Positions 48,570-58,402 of a stretch of 64,000 nt of DNA are shown in pieces. The stretch comes from Candidatus Nanoarchaeia archaeon (GTDB lineage Archaea > Nanobdellota > Nanobdellia > SCGC-AAA011-G17 > JACPNG01): positions 243,636-307,635 of the forward strand of contig JAQTMK010000001.1 in assembly GCA_028714375.1 (NCBI GenBank). Direction: 5' to 3'. Each line of letters starts with the position of its first letter. Positions within the stretch are counted from its first letter, which is position 1. The notes under the pieces were generated by a model, which saw nothing but the letters and a program-made list of their open reading frames with translations, was not told the DNA's origin and ran no database searches. Both the position numbers and the translations under genes were made by a program.

Positions 48570-49051
48570 AAGCCTCCATTGTCAAGTATGAATAAAAGAT
48601 TTTTACCTTCGCCACCAATTTTGTCTAGCTTGTCCAGCAAACTCTCAGAACCGTTAAATATCTTTTTTGTTACTTCTCTTTTAAGTCCCCTAAATCTGTG
48701 TTTAAAATCACCTAATTGGGTTGTGCCATCAACATACATTATTCCCAACAATTCATTTGTATTGCCGTTTCTTATCATCAAATAATCTCCCTCTCCAGAT
48801 TTTCCGTAAACAAAAGAAATATCCGAAGGATTAACATAATCTGGTTTTACAAAATGCCCCTTGTTTGCTTTGATTTTTAGCTTGTAGAGTTCGTTTATAG
48901 TAGAATCAATCTGTGCCTCATACTTTTTAGGGTCTGCCCTGAATTCATCAAGCATGTCTTTTTTGTTTTCTTCAATGTCTTTAGAACAACCAGTCAGATA
49001 AGGCATACTTGCAAGACTAAGATATAACCCAAATTTAACCAGCTTATTCAT
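48566..49051 (-). CDS. Putative lipoprotein
   Basis: MNKLVKFGLYLSLASMPYLTGC lipobox. Confidence 0.65.
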   Translation of the reverse strand: MNKLVKFGLYLSLASMPYLTGCSKDIEENKKDMLDEFRADPKKYEAQIDSTINELYKLKIKANKGHFVKPDYVNPSDISFVYGKSGEGDYLMIRNGNTNELLGIMYVDGTTQLGDFKHRFRGLKREVTKKIFNGSESLLDKLDKIGGEGKNLLFILDNGGF

Positions 49052-49154
49052 AATCCCTAAAATATAAAATCCTTAAATAATATTTAGCCTAAAATTCCGT
49101 AAATTTTCTGTTTGAACTCGGAATGTTTATAAATAGCTTATTTTTACCAGTTAC

Positions 49155-49802
49155 ATGAAAGTTGTAGGTATTGATGAAGCAGGCAGAGGCCCAGTTATTG
49201 GCCCATTAGTTATAGTTGGATCTATGATTGAAGAGTCAAAAATGGATAAATTAAAAGAATTAGGAGTCAAGGACTCAAAACTTATAACACCCAAAAAAAG
49301 ACAGATTCTTTACAAAAAAATACTGGAACTAACTGAGAATCATATCTTAATTATTGAACCAAAAGAAATTGATGAAGTTTTGGAGTCAGATACTTTAAAC
49401 CTAAACTGGTTGGAAGCAATAAAATCAGCAGAAATTATAAATGTCTTAAAACCAGAGAAGGCAATATTAGACTGTCCATCCCCAAACATAAAAGCTTATG
49501 AAGATTATGTAAGAAAACATCTTATAGATAAGGCAACACCATTGCATTGTGAGCATAAAGCAGATGTCAACCATGTTATTGTTGGTGCAGCTTCAATATT
49601 GGCTAAAGTAACTAGGGACAATATCATAGAGGAATTAAAGAAAAAATATGGGGATTTTGGTCCAGGTTATAGTTCAAATCCAATAACCCAAAAATACGTT
49701 GAAGCCAACTTTGAAAAGCATCCGGAAATATTCAGAAGAACATGGGCAACATGGAAAAATCACGATAATAAAAAAAATCAAAAAAATTTAGATGAATTCT
49801 AG
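49155..49802 (+). CDS. rnhB: Ribonuclease HII
   Basis: GIDEAGRGPVIGP, DSK, KAD, AASILAKV.RD, C-terminal PIP box QKNLDEF. Confidence 0.96.
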   Translation: MKVVGIDEAGRGPVIGPLVIVGSMIEESKMDKLKELGVKDSKLITPKKRQILYKKILELTENHILIIEPKEIDEVLESDTLNLNWLEAIKSAEIINVLKPEKAILDCPSPNIKAYEDYVRKHLIDKATPLHCEHKADVNHVIVGAASILAKVTRDNIIEELKKKYGDFGPGYSSNPITQKYVEANFEKHPEIFRRTWATWKNHDNKKNQKNLDEF

Positions 49803-49845
49803 AAAATCAATAAATTTATAAATCAATATTGGAATTTCTTAAACA

Positions 49846-52800
49846 ATGACATTAATAAAATCCATGACTGCACGTGGTTTTAAGTCTTTTGCAAAGAAAA
49901 CCGACATAGTCTTTGGTGAAAACTTTAATTGTGTTTTAGGTCCAAATGGTTCTGGAAAATCTAACATTGTTGATGGATTGTGTTTTGTTCTTGGAAAATT
50001 ATCTGCTAAGGGACTAAGAGCAGAAAAAACCTCGCACCTAATCTATAATGGTGGTAAAAAAGGAAGTCCAGCAAAGGAGGCAGAGGTATCCTTGGTTTTT
50101 GACAACTCAAAAAAAGCATTTCCGATAGACAATAAAGAAGTAAAAATTGCAAGAGTTGTAAAAGAAAATGGGACATCTATTTACAAGTTAAATGATGATA
50201 CAGTCACAAGACAGCAAATTTTGGAAACTTTATCGCATGCAAAAATTGATCCAGATGGTCATAATATTATCCTGCAAGGAGATATAATTAGATTCATGGA
50301 AATGAAACCAGAACAAAGAAGAGAAATAATTGAAGAGGTTTCTGGGATAGGAGTCTATGAAGAGAAAAAACAAAAATCATTGTTGGAGTTAAATAGGGTT
50401 CAGGAAAAACTAAACGAAGCAGGAATAATAATGCATGAAAAAGAGATAAATCTTAGAGAGTTAAAAAAAGACAGGGACCAGGCATTAAAATACAAGGAAC
50501 TTGAGGAAAATATTAAAAAAAACAAAGCTACATATTTAAATTTCCAGATAAAAGAAAGAGAAACAAAAAAGGAAGAGATTGATAAAAAAATTAGTTCTAG
50601 TCAGGAAGAAATTGAGAAATTAAGAAAAATAGTTCTGGATCTAAAAACCCAGGTTGAAACTCATAAAAAAGAAATAGAAGATATCAATAAAAACATAGAA
50701 GAAAAGGGAGAGATAGAACAGAAAAAACTTCATTCAGACATTGAAGAATTAAAAATTAATTTGGTTAAGGATAAGACTAGGAAAGATACCTGTGAAACAG
50801 AAATACAAAAAATAAAAGCAAGAAAAATACAGCTGGATAAAAACATAACTGAACTAAGTGAAAAAATAAAGGAAATTGATTCAGAAAAAACAAAATTCCA
50901 GAATCAGATTAAATTATCAAAATCAGATGAGGAGCAATTAAAGAAAGAATTGGGAACCATAAAATCAAAAATAAATGGTTTTGGTAATCTTGAAGAGATT
51001 GAAAAGAAATTTGATGAATTACTTGCAGAGATTGAGACATTAAAAAACAGTCAGCAGGAAATGTTGAGGAAAAAAGATAATTTAGAAAACCAAAAACTAC
51101 AATTAAACTTTGATGATTCTTCTGATGCTCTTTCAAAAGTTTCAGATCTAAGAAATAATTTCAAGAAAGTAACCTCAGACCTAACAAAAGAACTTAATGA
51201 AAGTTCAAAGATCAATTCTCAGTTAGGAAGCGCAAGGGAAAATTTGGTCAAATTAAATGAGGAATTAACACGATTTAATGCTAAACAATTGACTCAGACA
51301 GTTCTGTCACAGCAGAACATTGCAATCCAGAATATTATGAAGTTAAACAACAAGGGGGTTCATGGAACTGTTTCTGATTTGGGTGAAGTAGATCCAAAAT
51401 ATAACACCGCCTTGTCTGTTGCAGCAGGTCCAAGACTGACAAGCATAGTTGTGGATAGTGATAAGACTGCCCAGGATTGCATTGAATATCTTAAGAAAAC
51501 AAAATCTGGGGTAGTTACATTTCTTCCATTAAACAAAATAAAAGGAAATTCAATAACAAACTCAGACAAGCAGTTTACTAAAGAACCTGGCGTTGTTGGA
51601 TTTGCAATCGACTTAGTTAAATTTAATCCAAAATACAAGGATGTTTTTTCCTATGCTTTAGGCTCTACATTAGTTGTGGATAATATTAATAATGCAAGAA
51701 AGATTGGAGTTGGAAATATTAGGATGGCCACATTAGAGGGAGATTTATTGGAATTAAGTGGAGCAATGGTTGGAGGTTATAGGAAAATAAATACTTCATT
51801 CAAGGAAAAAGACTTTAGCCAGAACATTGCCAAACTTGAAGAAGAAACCTCAAGATTCAAGGAACTTGTAATGTCTCTTGAACAAAAAAGAGTTGAAAAT
51901 GAAAACAAAGTATATGAGTTAAAAAATCTTAAATCAGATTTGGAAGCAGAATTAATTAAACTGGAAAAATTAACAGGAAGCAACGACCTTGGTGAATTAA
52001 AGAAAAAACAAAAAGAACTTGTTCAGGAACTTGATAAAACAACAAAAGACTTGGCGAAGTCTGATAAGGAAATTAATTTAAAATCTCAGGAAATTGAAAA
52101 ATTAAAAGTCCAGAGATCAGAACTAATTGAAAAAACAAAAAATACAAAAGAAAATCAGCAATTGACTGACCTTGAATCAAGAAGAGACGAGATTACCTCA
52201 AAAATACTAAAATTAAGCGCAGACATAGATGGATTTGAAACCCAGAAAGGAATTTATCTGAAAGAAAAAGAAAGCACTTTGAAAATAATTAAGGATTCAG
52301 AAAAAGAGCTTGAATTATTCTCTAAAGAGATTACAGAATTAGCAGAAAAAATAAAGAAAAATGACTCTGACCTTAAGGAAAAAGATAAGGTTGAGAAACA
52401 ATTCTATAATAATTTCAAAAACATGTTTGAAAAGAGGAACAAGATTAATGAAGTAATAAACAAAAAAGACAATAACAGACTAAGAGAAGAAGAAAAAATC
52501 AAAGCAGTAGAATACAGAATAAATAATATTAGTATAGACAGGGCAAAAGTTGTTGCTGAACTTGAAAGTATTAATGAAGAGTACAAAAACTATCTTGATG
52601 TTCCTTTGAGAAGAGGAGTTGAGATTGAAGAGCTTAAATTTGAAATCAAGAAATTTGAAGGATTAAAGAGCCAGATGGGTAACATAAATATGAGAGCTCT
52701 GGAAGTCTACGACAAAGTTGATGAAGAGTACAAGAAAGTTTTAGATAAGGTAGAAGTACTTAAATCTGAAAAAGAAGACGTTGTTTTACTGATGAATGAG

Positions 52801-53262
52801 ATTGAAGGAAAGAAAAAATCCTTGTTCATGAAAACATATAAAGTCTTGGCTGAAAACTTCAGAAGAATATTTGCTTCTTTGTCCACAAAAGGAGATGCTC
52901 ACTTAGAAATTGAAGATGAGGAACACTTGTTTGAAACCGGAGTTGATCTTAAAGTTAAACTTACAGGAAACAAATACTTAGATATAAAATCTCTTTCCGG
53001 TGGAGAGAAAACATTAACTGCCTTGGCATTCATATTTGCAATACAGGAATATAGTCCTGCTTCATTCTATTTATTGGATGAGGTAGATGCAGCACTGGAT
53101 AAGAAAAACTCTGCTTTGCTAAGTAAACTGATTGCTAAATATTCCCAGAATGCACAGTATATTGTAATTTCCCACAATGATTCTATAATTTCAGAAGCAA
53201 ACACAATCTATGGGGTTTCAATGCAGGAAGGAATAACAAAGATTGTAAGTTTGAAAATCTAA
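49846..53262 (+). CDS. smc: Chromosome segregation protein SMC
   Basis: GFKSF, GPNGSGKSN, hinge GVHGTV, LSGGEK, LLDEVDAALD. Confidence 0.97.
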   Translation: MTLIKSMTARGFKSFAKKTDIVFGENFNCVLGPNGSGKSNIVDGLCFVLGKLSAKGLRAEKTSHLIYNGGKKGSPAKEAEVSLVFDNSKKAFPIDNKEVKIARVVKENGTSIYKLNDDTVTRQQILETLSHAKIDPDGHNIILQGDIIRFMEMKPEQRREIIEEVSGIGVYEEKKQKSLLELNRVQEKLNEAGIIMHEKEINLRELKKDRDQALKYKELEENIKKNKATYLNFQIKERETKKEEIDKKISSSQEEIEKLRKIVLDLKTQVETHKKEIEDINKNIEEKGEIEQKKLHSDIEELKINLVKDKTRKDTCETEIQKIKARKIQLDKNITELSEKIKEIDSEKTKFQNQIKLSKSDEEQLKKELGTIKSKINGFGNLEEIEKKFDELLAEIETLKNSQQEMLRKKDNLENQKLQLNFDDSSDALSKVSDLRNNFKKVTSDLTKELNESSKINSQLGSARENLVKLNEELTRFNAKQLTQTVLSQQNIAIQNIMKLNNKGVHGTVSDLGEVDPKYNTALSVAAGPRLTSIVVDSDKTAQDCIEYLKKTKSGVVTFLPLNKIKGNSITNSDKQFTKEPGVVGFAIDLVKFNPKYKDVFSYALGSTLVVDNINNARKIGVGNIRMATLEGDLLELSGAMVGGYRKINTSFKEKDFSQNIAKLEEETSRFKELVMSLEQKRVENENKVYELKNLKSDLEAELIKLEKLTGSNDLGELKKKQKELVQELDKTTKDLAKSDKEINLKSQEIEKLKVQRSELIEKTKNTKENQQLTDLESRRDEITSKILKLSADIDGFETQKGIYLKEKESTLKIIKDSEKELELFSKEITELAEKIKKNDSDLKEKDKVEKQFYNNFKNMFEKRNKINEVINKKDNNRLREEEKIKAVEYRINNISIDRAKVVAELESINEEYKNYLDVPLRRGVEIEELKFEIKKFEGLKSQMGNINMRALEVYDKVDEEYKKVLDKVEVLKSEKEDVVLLMNEIEGKKKSLFMKTYKVLAENFRRIFASLSTKGDAHLEIEDEEHLFETGVDLKVKLTGNKYLDIKSLSGGEKTLTALAFIFAIQEYSPASFYLLDEVDAALDKKNSALLSKLIAKYSQNAQYIVISHNDSIISEANTIYGVSMQEGITKIVSLKI

Positions 53263-53625
53263 TTACATTACCTTATTACTCCTCGGGTATGATAACGCAA
53301 CTTCTAATTTTCCAGTATCTCTTCTATTATTAAAAAGATAGACTAATTTATCTTCAAATTGAATATTGTCTCCTAAATAAAACATTGCTAAATCGGGATG
53401 TATACTTTTTTCTTTGATATTATCATATAAGGTAAGATCTGCCCCATAAAAAATAACAATGGGTCCCTTTGGAGTTTCATAAATCACTGCTCCATCTTTT
53501 TCTCTTTCAATAATAATCTTTGAACCAAGTCTATCAAGTATTTTTTCTATTGAGTTTCTGGTTTGAAGAATAGTCTCATCTTGATATTTTTTTAAAACCC
53601 TCGGTTGTTTTATAGAATAATCCAT
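53263..53625 (-). CDS. Hypothetical protein
   Basis: 120-aa ORF. Confidence 0.55.
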   Translation of the reverse strand: MDYSIKQPRVLKKYQDETILQTRNSIEKILDRLGSKIIIEREKDGAVIYETPKGPIVIFYGADLTLYDNIKEKSIHPDLAMFYLGDNIQFEDKLVYLFNNRRDTGKLEVALSYPRSNKVM

Positions 53626-53662
53626 TTTTTATAAATATAAAAATAAAAGAAAGAAAAAAGGC

Positions 53663-54925
53663 TTAGTAATATTGCCTTGGTTCTTCTGCTTTGCCTCTTC
53701 CAACTAAAACAGCAACACCTAAAATTATTAGGATTACTACCAAAATAACAAATCCAATTACCAAATAGTTTTGGGTTGAACTTGTTTCTTGTCCACTAAC
53801 TTCCAAGTTTAAAGTATTTTCACTTATCAAGCTGTTTTCCTTTAATACTTTTACACTGAAGCTGTGTAATCCTAGTGTAGCTGAATCTTTAGCTTTAAGG
53901 TAAACATTTACAGTAGCAGCGCCTTTTCCAGGAACTGATACAAATGCTGGGTCTACTCTTGAAGTTGCAAATAAGTCTGCACCGCTAACTTCTACAGAAT
54001 AAATTCCTGCTTCATCATTTAGATTTGCAATTGTTACTCTGTATAATGTTTCTTCTCCAACAGCAGCAACTTTTGAAGTTGAATCAAAGTTAACTAAAGG
54101 TTTTTGTTCAACAACTGTTGCTTCTTCTTTGTTAATGTAGATTGTTCTTGTGGTTGAAACAATTTCATTACCTCTGCTGTATTCTACATCAACCTTTAAT
54201 GTGTAGACTCCTGCTGCAGCATTTTCTGGCAATCTTAAGTATAACTCATCACTTGAAGCTGAATCTTCTTCGTCTTCATTGTCTTCATCTAAGTCAGAAT
54301 CTTCATCAGCTGCTAATTCATCAATGTAGTCTCTTACTGAAATTCCCAATTCTGGGATTGTAGCAGTAACTTTAATATCTTCTTCCTTTTTCTGTCCAAG
54401 GTTTTCAACTCTTACTGTAACAAATAAAGGATTTCCTGCTTCTGCATTTGAATCAGGTCTTATAATAACATCCTGAATCTTTAATGAATGTCTTTTTGGT
54501 TGTACTCTTAGTTCAAGTGGGAATGCTAATTCTGGTGCTGAACCATCTTTACCATAAGCTTCAACATGTAATGTGTAATCTTCTGCGCCTTCCATATCAT
54601 CAGGCAACTCTACATTTAATGTTTTTTTGTATGTAACGCCTGGCTCTACCAAGAATGGACTTGTTGTTTCTTCAACATCAGCGTATTCGTATCCACCAAT
54701 CCATGCTTTGACTTTAACATCATCATAGGATGTGGCTCCACCAAGTACGAAAACTTCCACTTCTAAGGTATTGTCTGTTTCTGCATAAACGACTGTTCCT
54801 AAAGCAGCCTCAATGCCATCTATTTTAACTTTGTTAATCTCATAATCAACCGCAGCTGAAACCAAAGTTGTAGCAAATAGGGCAAATACTAAGCTTGCTA
54901 GGATAAAATTTAGTTTTTTCATCAT
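53663..54925 (-). CDS. Cell-surface/S-layer-associated Ig-like (CARDB-like) protein
   Basis: Signal peptide, V.VENLG..EED..V repeats, C-terminal TM with QYY tail. Confidence 0.75.
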   Translation of the reverse strand: MMKKLNFILASLVFALFATTLVSAAVDYEINKVKIDGIEAALGTVVYAETDNTLEVEVFVLGGATSYDDVKVKAWIGGYEYADVEETTSPFLVEPGVTYKKTLNVELPDDMEGAEDYTLHVEAYGKDGSAPELAFPLELRVQPKRHSLKIQDVIIRPDSNAEAGNPLFVTVRVENLGQKKEEDIKVTATIPELGISVRDYIDELAADEDSDLDEDNEDEEDSASSDELYLRLPENAAAGVYTLKVDVEYSRGNEIVSTTRTIYINKEEATVVEQKPLVNFDSTSKVAAVGEETLYRVTIANLNDEAGIYSVEVSGADLFATSRVDPAFVSVPGKGAATVNVYLKAKDSATLGLHSFSVKVLKENSLISENTLNLEVSGQETSSTQNYLVIGFVILVVILIILGVAVLVGRGKAEEPRQYY

Positions 54926-55033
54926 AATTCCCCCCTAATAGTTGAATTTGTTGTCATTCTGGAGTCGGAATAGTATTTAAACATTTATCAATTAAAATAC
55001 ATATATTATAAAAAAGATATTAAAAAGAAAAAA

Positions 55034-56275
55034 TTAAATAACTGAGTAAGTTGTATACTCAGATACTTCGTTGTTATCGTTTCCAACAATAACTTTTAAG
55101 ATGTGTTCTCCATCTTCCTGACCATAAGGAACTCTGAAGTAATAATCAAACCATCTGCTCTGGAATCTGTCCAGTCTTAAGTTATTTGAAACAATTTCCA
55201 TTTCTCCAGAATCTAAATCCTGAATTTTAACCTGGATTTTCTTTTCATCAAAGCAACCAAGGTTTTTTACCTTAATCATAACTTCAAGTTCATCTCCAGC
55301 TCTTACCTCTTCAGTTTCTGGGAATAAACTAAATATTGTGAACTCTGAAGAATCACAATAGCTGATTACAGGTTCTTCATTATTAGGATTGTATTCATCA
55401 TTGTCTTCTGGATCATATGTTGACTCATTATCTGCATTGTAGTCAGAATGACATCCTGGGTCATATGAGTCTATTAAACCATCATGATCATTGTCCAGTC
55501 CGTCTGAACACACATAACGTGGTTCATCATTACACTGGCCGCTTGTACATCCATATTCACAATGACCTATGTAGTAAGGCATAGTCCAGTCATCACAGAA
55601 TGAATTCCATTTTCCTTTATTCATACATATATAAGTTTTGTAATCTCTGTAGACATTGTCTCCTATGCAATAATTTTGACCAATAAATCCAGATGTTCCG
55701 CACTGTCCATCAGTGCAGCATGTGATATCACAACCTTCATCTACAACACCATCACAATCGTTGTCTTTTCCATCACAAATCTCTTCTGTAGGTATGCATT
55801 GGTTTTTCTTTGTTACATCAACTAAATATGCATAGAATGTGCATCCTCTTTCTGAACTGTCCAAAGTTCTCCAGTCTAACTGGTAAGTTCCTACTTTTCT
55901 AGGTGTGAATGAAATTGGGAATTCAGTTAATGTTTCTCCAGGCTGTATTGTTACCTGTTTAAACAAAGCAAACTGAGGATTGTCATTACATGGATTTTTG
56001 TGAGTTGTACAGTAGAATATTTGATATTCAATTGTAATTGGCTCAGAATTTCCATTGTAAATCCCTTCAAATGAAATGGTCTGTGTTTGACCCTTTTTCA
56101 TTGTTTGGTATAAAGTATTCCAGCCGTTTGTAACTACGTTACTTGCTGAAACTAAGTCAGTATTATCTATTCCATTACAGTCTCCATTGTCTCCAACACC
56201 AATATGTGCTGAAACAGAAACCATGCTAAGAACAAATACTGCTAAAAAAAGTGCGATTTTGTTTAAATTCAACAT
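55034..56275 (-). CDS. Secreted Cys-rich surface protein with EICDGKDNDCDG metal-binding motif and CARDB-like domain
   Basis: Signal peptide; EICDGKDNDCDGVVDEG; CSDGLDND.DGLID..DPGC. Confidence 0.75.
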   Translation of the reverse strand: MLNLNKIALFLAVFVLSMVSVSAHIGVGDNGDCNGIDNTDLVSASNVVTNGWNTLYQTMKKGQTQTISFEGIYNGNSEPITIEYQIFYCTTHKNPCNDNPQFALFKQVTIQPGETLTEFPISFTPRKVGTYQLDWRTLDSSERGCTFYAYLVDVTKKNQCIPTEEICDGKDNDCDGVVDEGCDITCCTDGQCGTSGFIGQNYCIGDNVYRDYKTYICMNKGKWNSFCDDWTMPYYIGHCEYGCTSGQCNDEPRYVCSDGLDNDHDGLIDSYDPGCHSDYNADNESTYDPEDNDEYNPNNEEPVISYCDSSEFTIFSLFPETEEVRAGDELEVMIKVKNLGCFDEKKIQVKIQDLDSGEMEIVSNNLRLDRFQSRWFDYYFRVPYGQEDGEHILKVIVGNDNNEVSEYTTYSVI

Positions 56276-56544
56276 CTTATGCCTCCGATTTGTATTTCAT
56301 GAAATATAGTTACCATTACTAGATAATAAATCATTTATAAAGCTTTCTATTTTGTAACCACTCTTAAGTAAAGCTTATAAATATTGGGTCTTTGAATTCT
56401 TTGAAACAATTTAAAGGATTTTCCATAATTCAGCCAACAGGAGGCTGGAAAACCAATTCTAAAATTTATCTTAGTTAATCAAAAAACTAATCTAAAAATT
56501 AGAATGAATGGAAAACCTAAAATTTCTGGAAAGGAGAAATTTCC

Positions 56545-57126
56545 ATGGAAGAAGCACAAAGGAGAAATAAAATTATCTTGAGGTGGTCAATTCTGACCGC
56601 CGGGTTGATTGCCTTGTTTTGGGCAATTTGGTATCTCATTACTGGAAATGTCCCAATTGTTAATAAAATAGAGATGACTGGACACTGGAACTTGGCCCTA
56701 TCTTTTGGTATTTCCCGTTGGTGGGATATACTAATTGGACCAATATGGTCAACAATCCTTATAATCATCCTGACAAACAAAAGAATAAAAAATCAAAAGA
56801 ATTTCAAGGAAAACTTGTTTGTTTTTGGATTGAATTCAGGAATCGTGTTAATTTTGGCCCTTAGTGGGATAATGAGTAACTTCAATTTCCATGTTCTTTC
56901 ATTAGGCGTTGCAGGTTTGTTCTTTGGAATAGCGGAGGGTTGGAGTAAACACAATTTTGAATTTGGTTTAGGCCTAGTTCTTGGTTCTTTCCTAATCCTT
57001 ACTCTGGTCTCCGGAATCGCAGTCACCTTGCTTCTCTGTTTGATTTCTCTTACTCTTATACTATTCTTTAAGACCTTTGTAAGACTATGGAGATGGTTAT
57101 CAGCTGAAGACTACGGAGATATCTAA
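56545..57126 (+). CDS. Multi-pass membrane hypothetical protein
   Basis: AAGGAG SD; about five TMs with Gly-Leu-rich helices. Confidence 0.7.
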   Translation: MEEAQRRNKIILRWSILTAGLIALFWAIWYLITGNVPIVNKIEMTGHWNLALSFGISRWWDILIGPIWSTILIIILTNKRIKNQKNFKENLFVFGLNSGIVLILALSGIMSNFNFHVLSLGVAGLFFGIAEGWSKHNFEFGLGLVLGSFLILTLVSGIAVTLLLCLISLTLILFFKTFVRLWRWLSAEDYGDI

Positions 57127-57162
57127 CAGCCCAATAAGACCAAGAAATTTAACCAAGCTTTC

Positions 57163-57189
57163 AGCCAGTTCTCAACGAACTGGTTTTTT
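57163..57189 (+). terminator. Intrinsic-type terminator
   Basis: AGCCAGTTC tcaac GAACTGGTT TTTT. Confidence 0.7.
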
Positions 57190-57220
57190 CTCCTCTAAGT
57201 ATATATAAGTATTGAAAATA

Positions 57221-57316
57221 TGGGGATGCCAGGATTTGAACCTGGATCAATCGGTCTGGAGCTTTGGCTTAATTTTGGATTAATCGACCACTCTAGCCGA
57301 GTTGAGCTACACCCCC
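57221..57316 (-). tRNA. tRNA-Trp(CCA) with 22-nt intron at position 30/31 (57263-57284)
   Basis: GGGGGTG/CATCCCC acceptor; removing ATTAATCCAAAATTAAGCCAAA gives GTCGG-CTCCAGA-CCGAT; bulge-helix-bulge GAG/CTC, TGGT/GCCA, bulges CGA and AAG. Confidence 0.92.
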
Positions 57317-58342
57317 GAGCTCATCTTTAGTTAAAACAAAAATCCTATTTCCATCTATATAAAAGTTGCTTTTTTTGCCTTTAATCCTACAAACCAAAAT
57401 TCCAGCATTACAATCATCTAAAGAATTAATATACCCATTTAGTTGTTTTATATCTGAAAGAGAGATTGGTTTAGATTGGTAATCCTTTATCTCAACGAAA
57501 TACTTAGTATTCTCAATAATTAGTAGGGCATCAGCAATCCCAAGTTTAGTTTTAAAGCCGGGAATGACCAGTCCAACATTCTTTAAAATTGTAATTATTT
57601 CTTTTTCAAAATCCAAAGCCCTCTTTTTTATATCCATGTTAGAAGCTCCATAAAGAGTTTTTCTTTCAATTGGGTACTCAACTCCTGCTCTTTTGTAAGC
57701 TTCAGTTATACCACCAGTAAAAATTTCTTGTACATGAGTTTCACATTTTTTGTTAATTTCATACTGAGTTGGATTTGAGTTATTTTTTATATATTCTAAA
57801 ACTTGATTTTGTTTTTTTATTAGTCGCTTTTTACCTCCAGATATCTGGTCTAAATTTGCTTTGTTATATAATTCTCCCATATCCTTAAAATAAGAATAAA
57901 TATTTAATCCAATCTGATTTTTAATTTCTTTAGAAGTTAAAAGAGGATTTGTTTGAATTAAATTTACAATTTTTTTCGTATTAATATTCCGATAATCAAT
58001 ACATTTAATTCCTGCAACTTTATATGCCTTACTTATTGTTCCAAATATTTTTGGGATATCAATCCTCAGCTCTTTTTTAATTGAGATTGTATTAGCGCAA
58101 GCATTAGAACGAATAAACTCAATAACTTCATTGACCATTTGTTCTCTTGTTCTTTTTTGTAATGATTTTGAGAACTGAATGCCTGCCTTAATATATGCAG
58201 ATTTCATTCCATTTTTGGGATATAATCTTTCAACTTTAATTTTAGTATCCTGTCTAATCCCCCTATATGTAGCGTTAGGATTTTTTCTTAAATAATTAAT
58301 TAACTCTTCTTCTTTTTTATTAAAATTTTTGTATAGATTCAC
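57293..58342 (-). CDS. Four helical repeats fused to a PD-(D/E)xK (Mrr/restriction-endonuclease-like) domain; overlaps tRNA-Trp 5' end
   Basis: Four ~50-aa repeats ending (F/Y)..G(M/I)..AY..AG(I/V); FEKEI...IADALL...FVEIK...DIKQL.GY. Confidence 0.8.
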   Translation of the reverse strand: MNLYKNFNKKEEELINYLRKNPNATYRGIRQDTKIKVERLYPKNGMKSAYIKAGIQFSKSLQKRTREQMVNEVIEFIRSNACANTISIKKELRIDIPKIFGTISKAYKVAGIKCIDYRNINTKKIVNLIQTNPLLTSKEIKNQIGLNIYSYFKDMGELYNKANLDQISGGKKRLIKKQNQVLEYIKNNSNPTQYEINKKCETHVQEIFTGGITEAYKRAGVEYPIERKTLYGASNMDIKKRALDFEKEIITILKNVGLVIPGFKTKLGIADALLIIENTKYFVEIKDYQSKPISLSDIKQLNGYINSLDDCNAGILVCRIKGKKSNFYIDGNRIFVLTKDELGGVAQLG

Positions 58343-58402
58343 ACACTATTAAAGACTTAAGAGTTTATATTTTCTACTCCGACCAACTCGGAAATTATTC
58401 AA

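Noticed and set aside
50300-52800. Periodic GAA/AAA-rich sequence
   Set aside because: Explained by SMC coiled-coil coding.
54255-54325. TCTTCATC-type short repeats
   Set aside because: Encode an acidic loop within the surface protein; not a separate repeat element.
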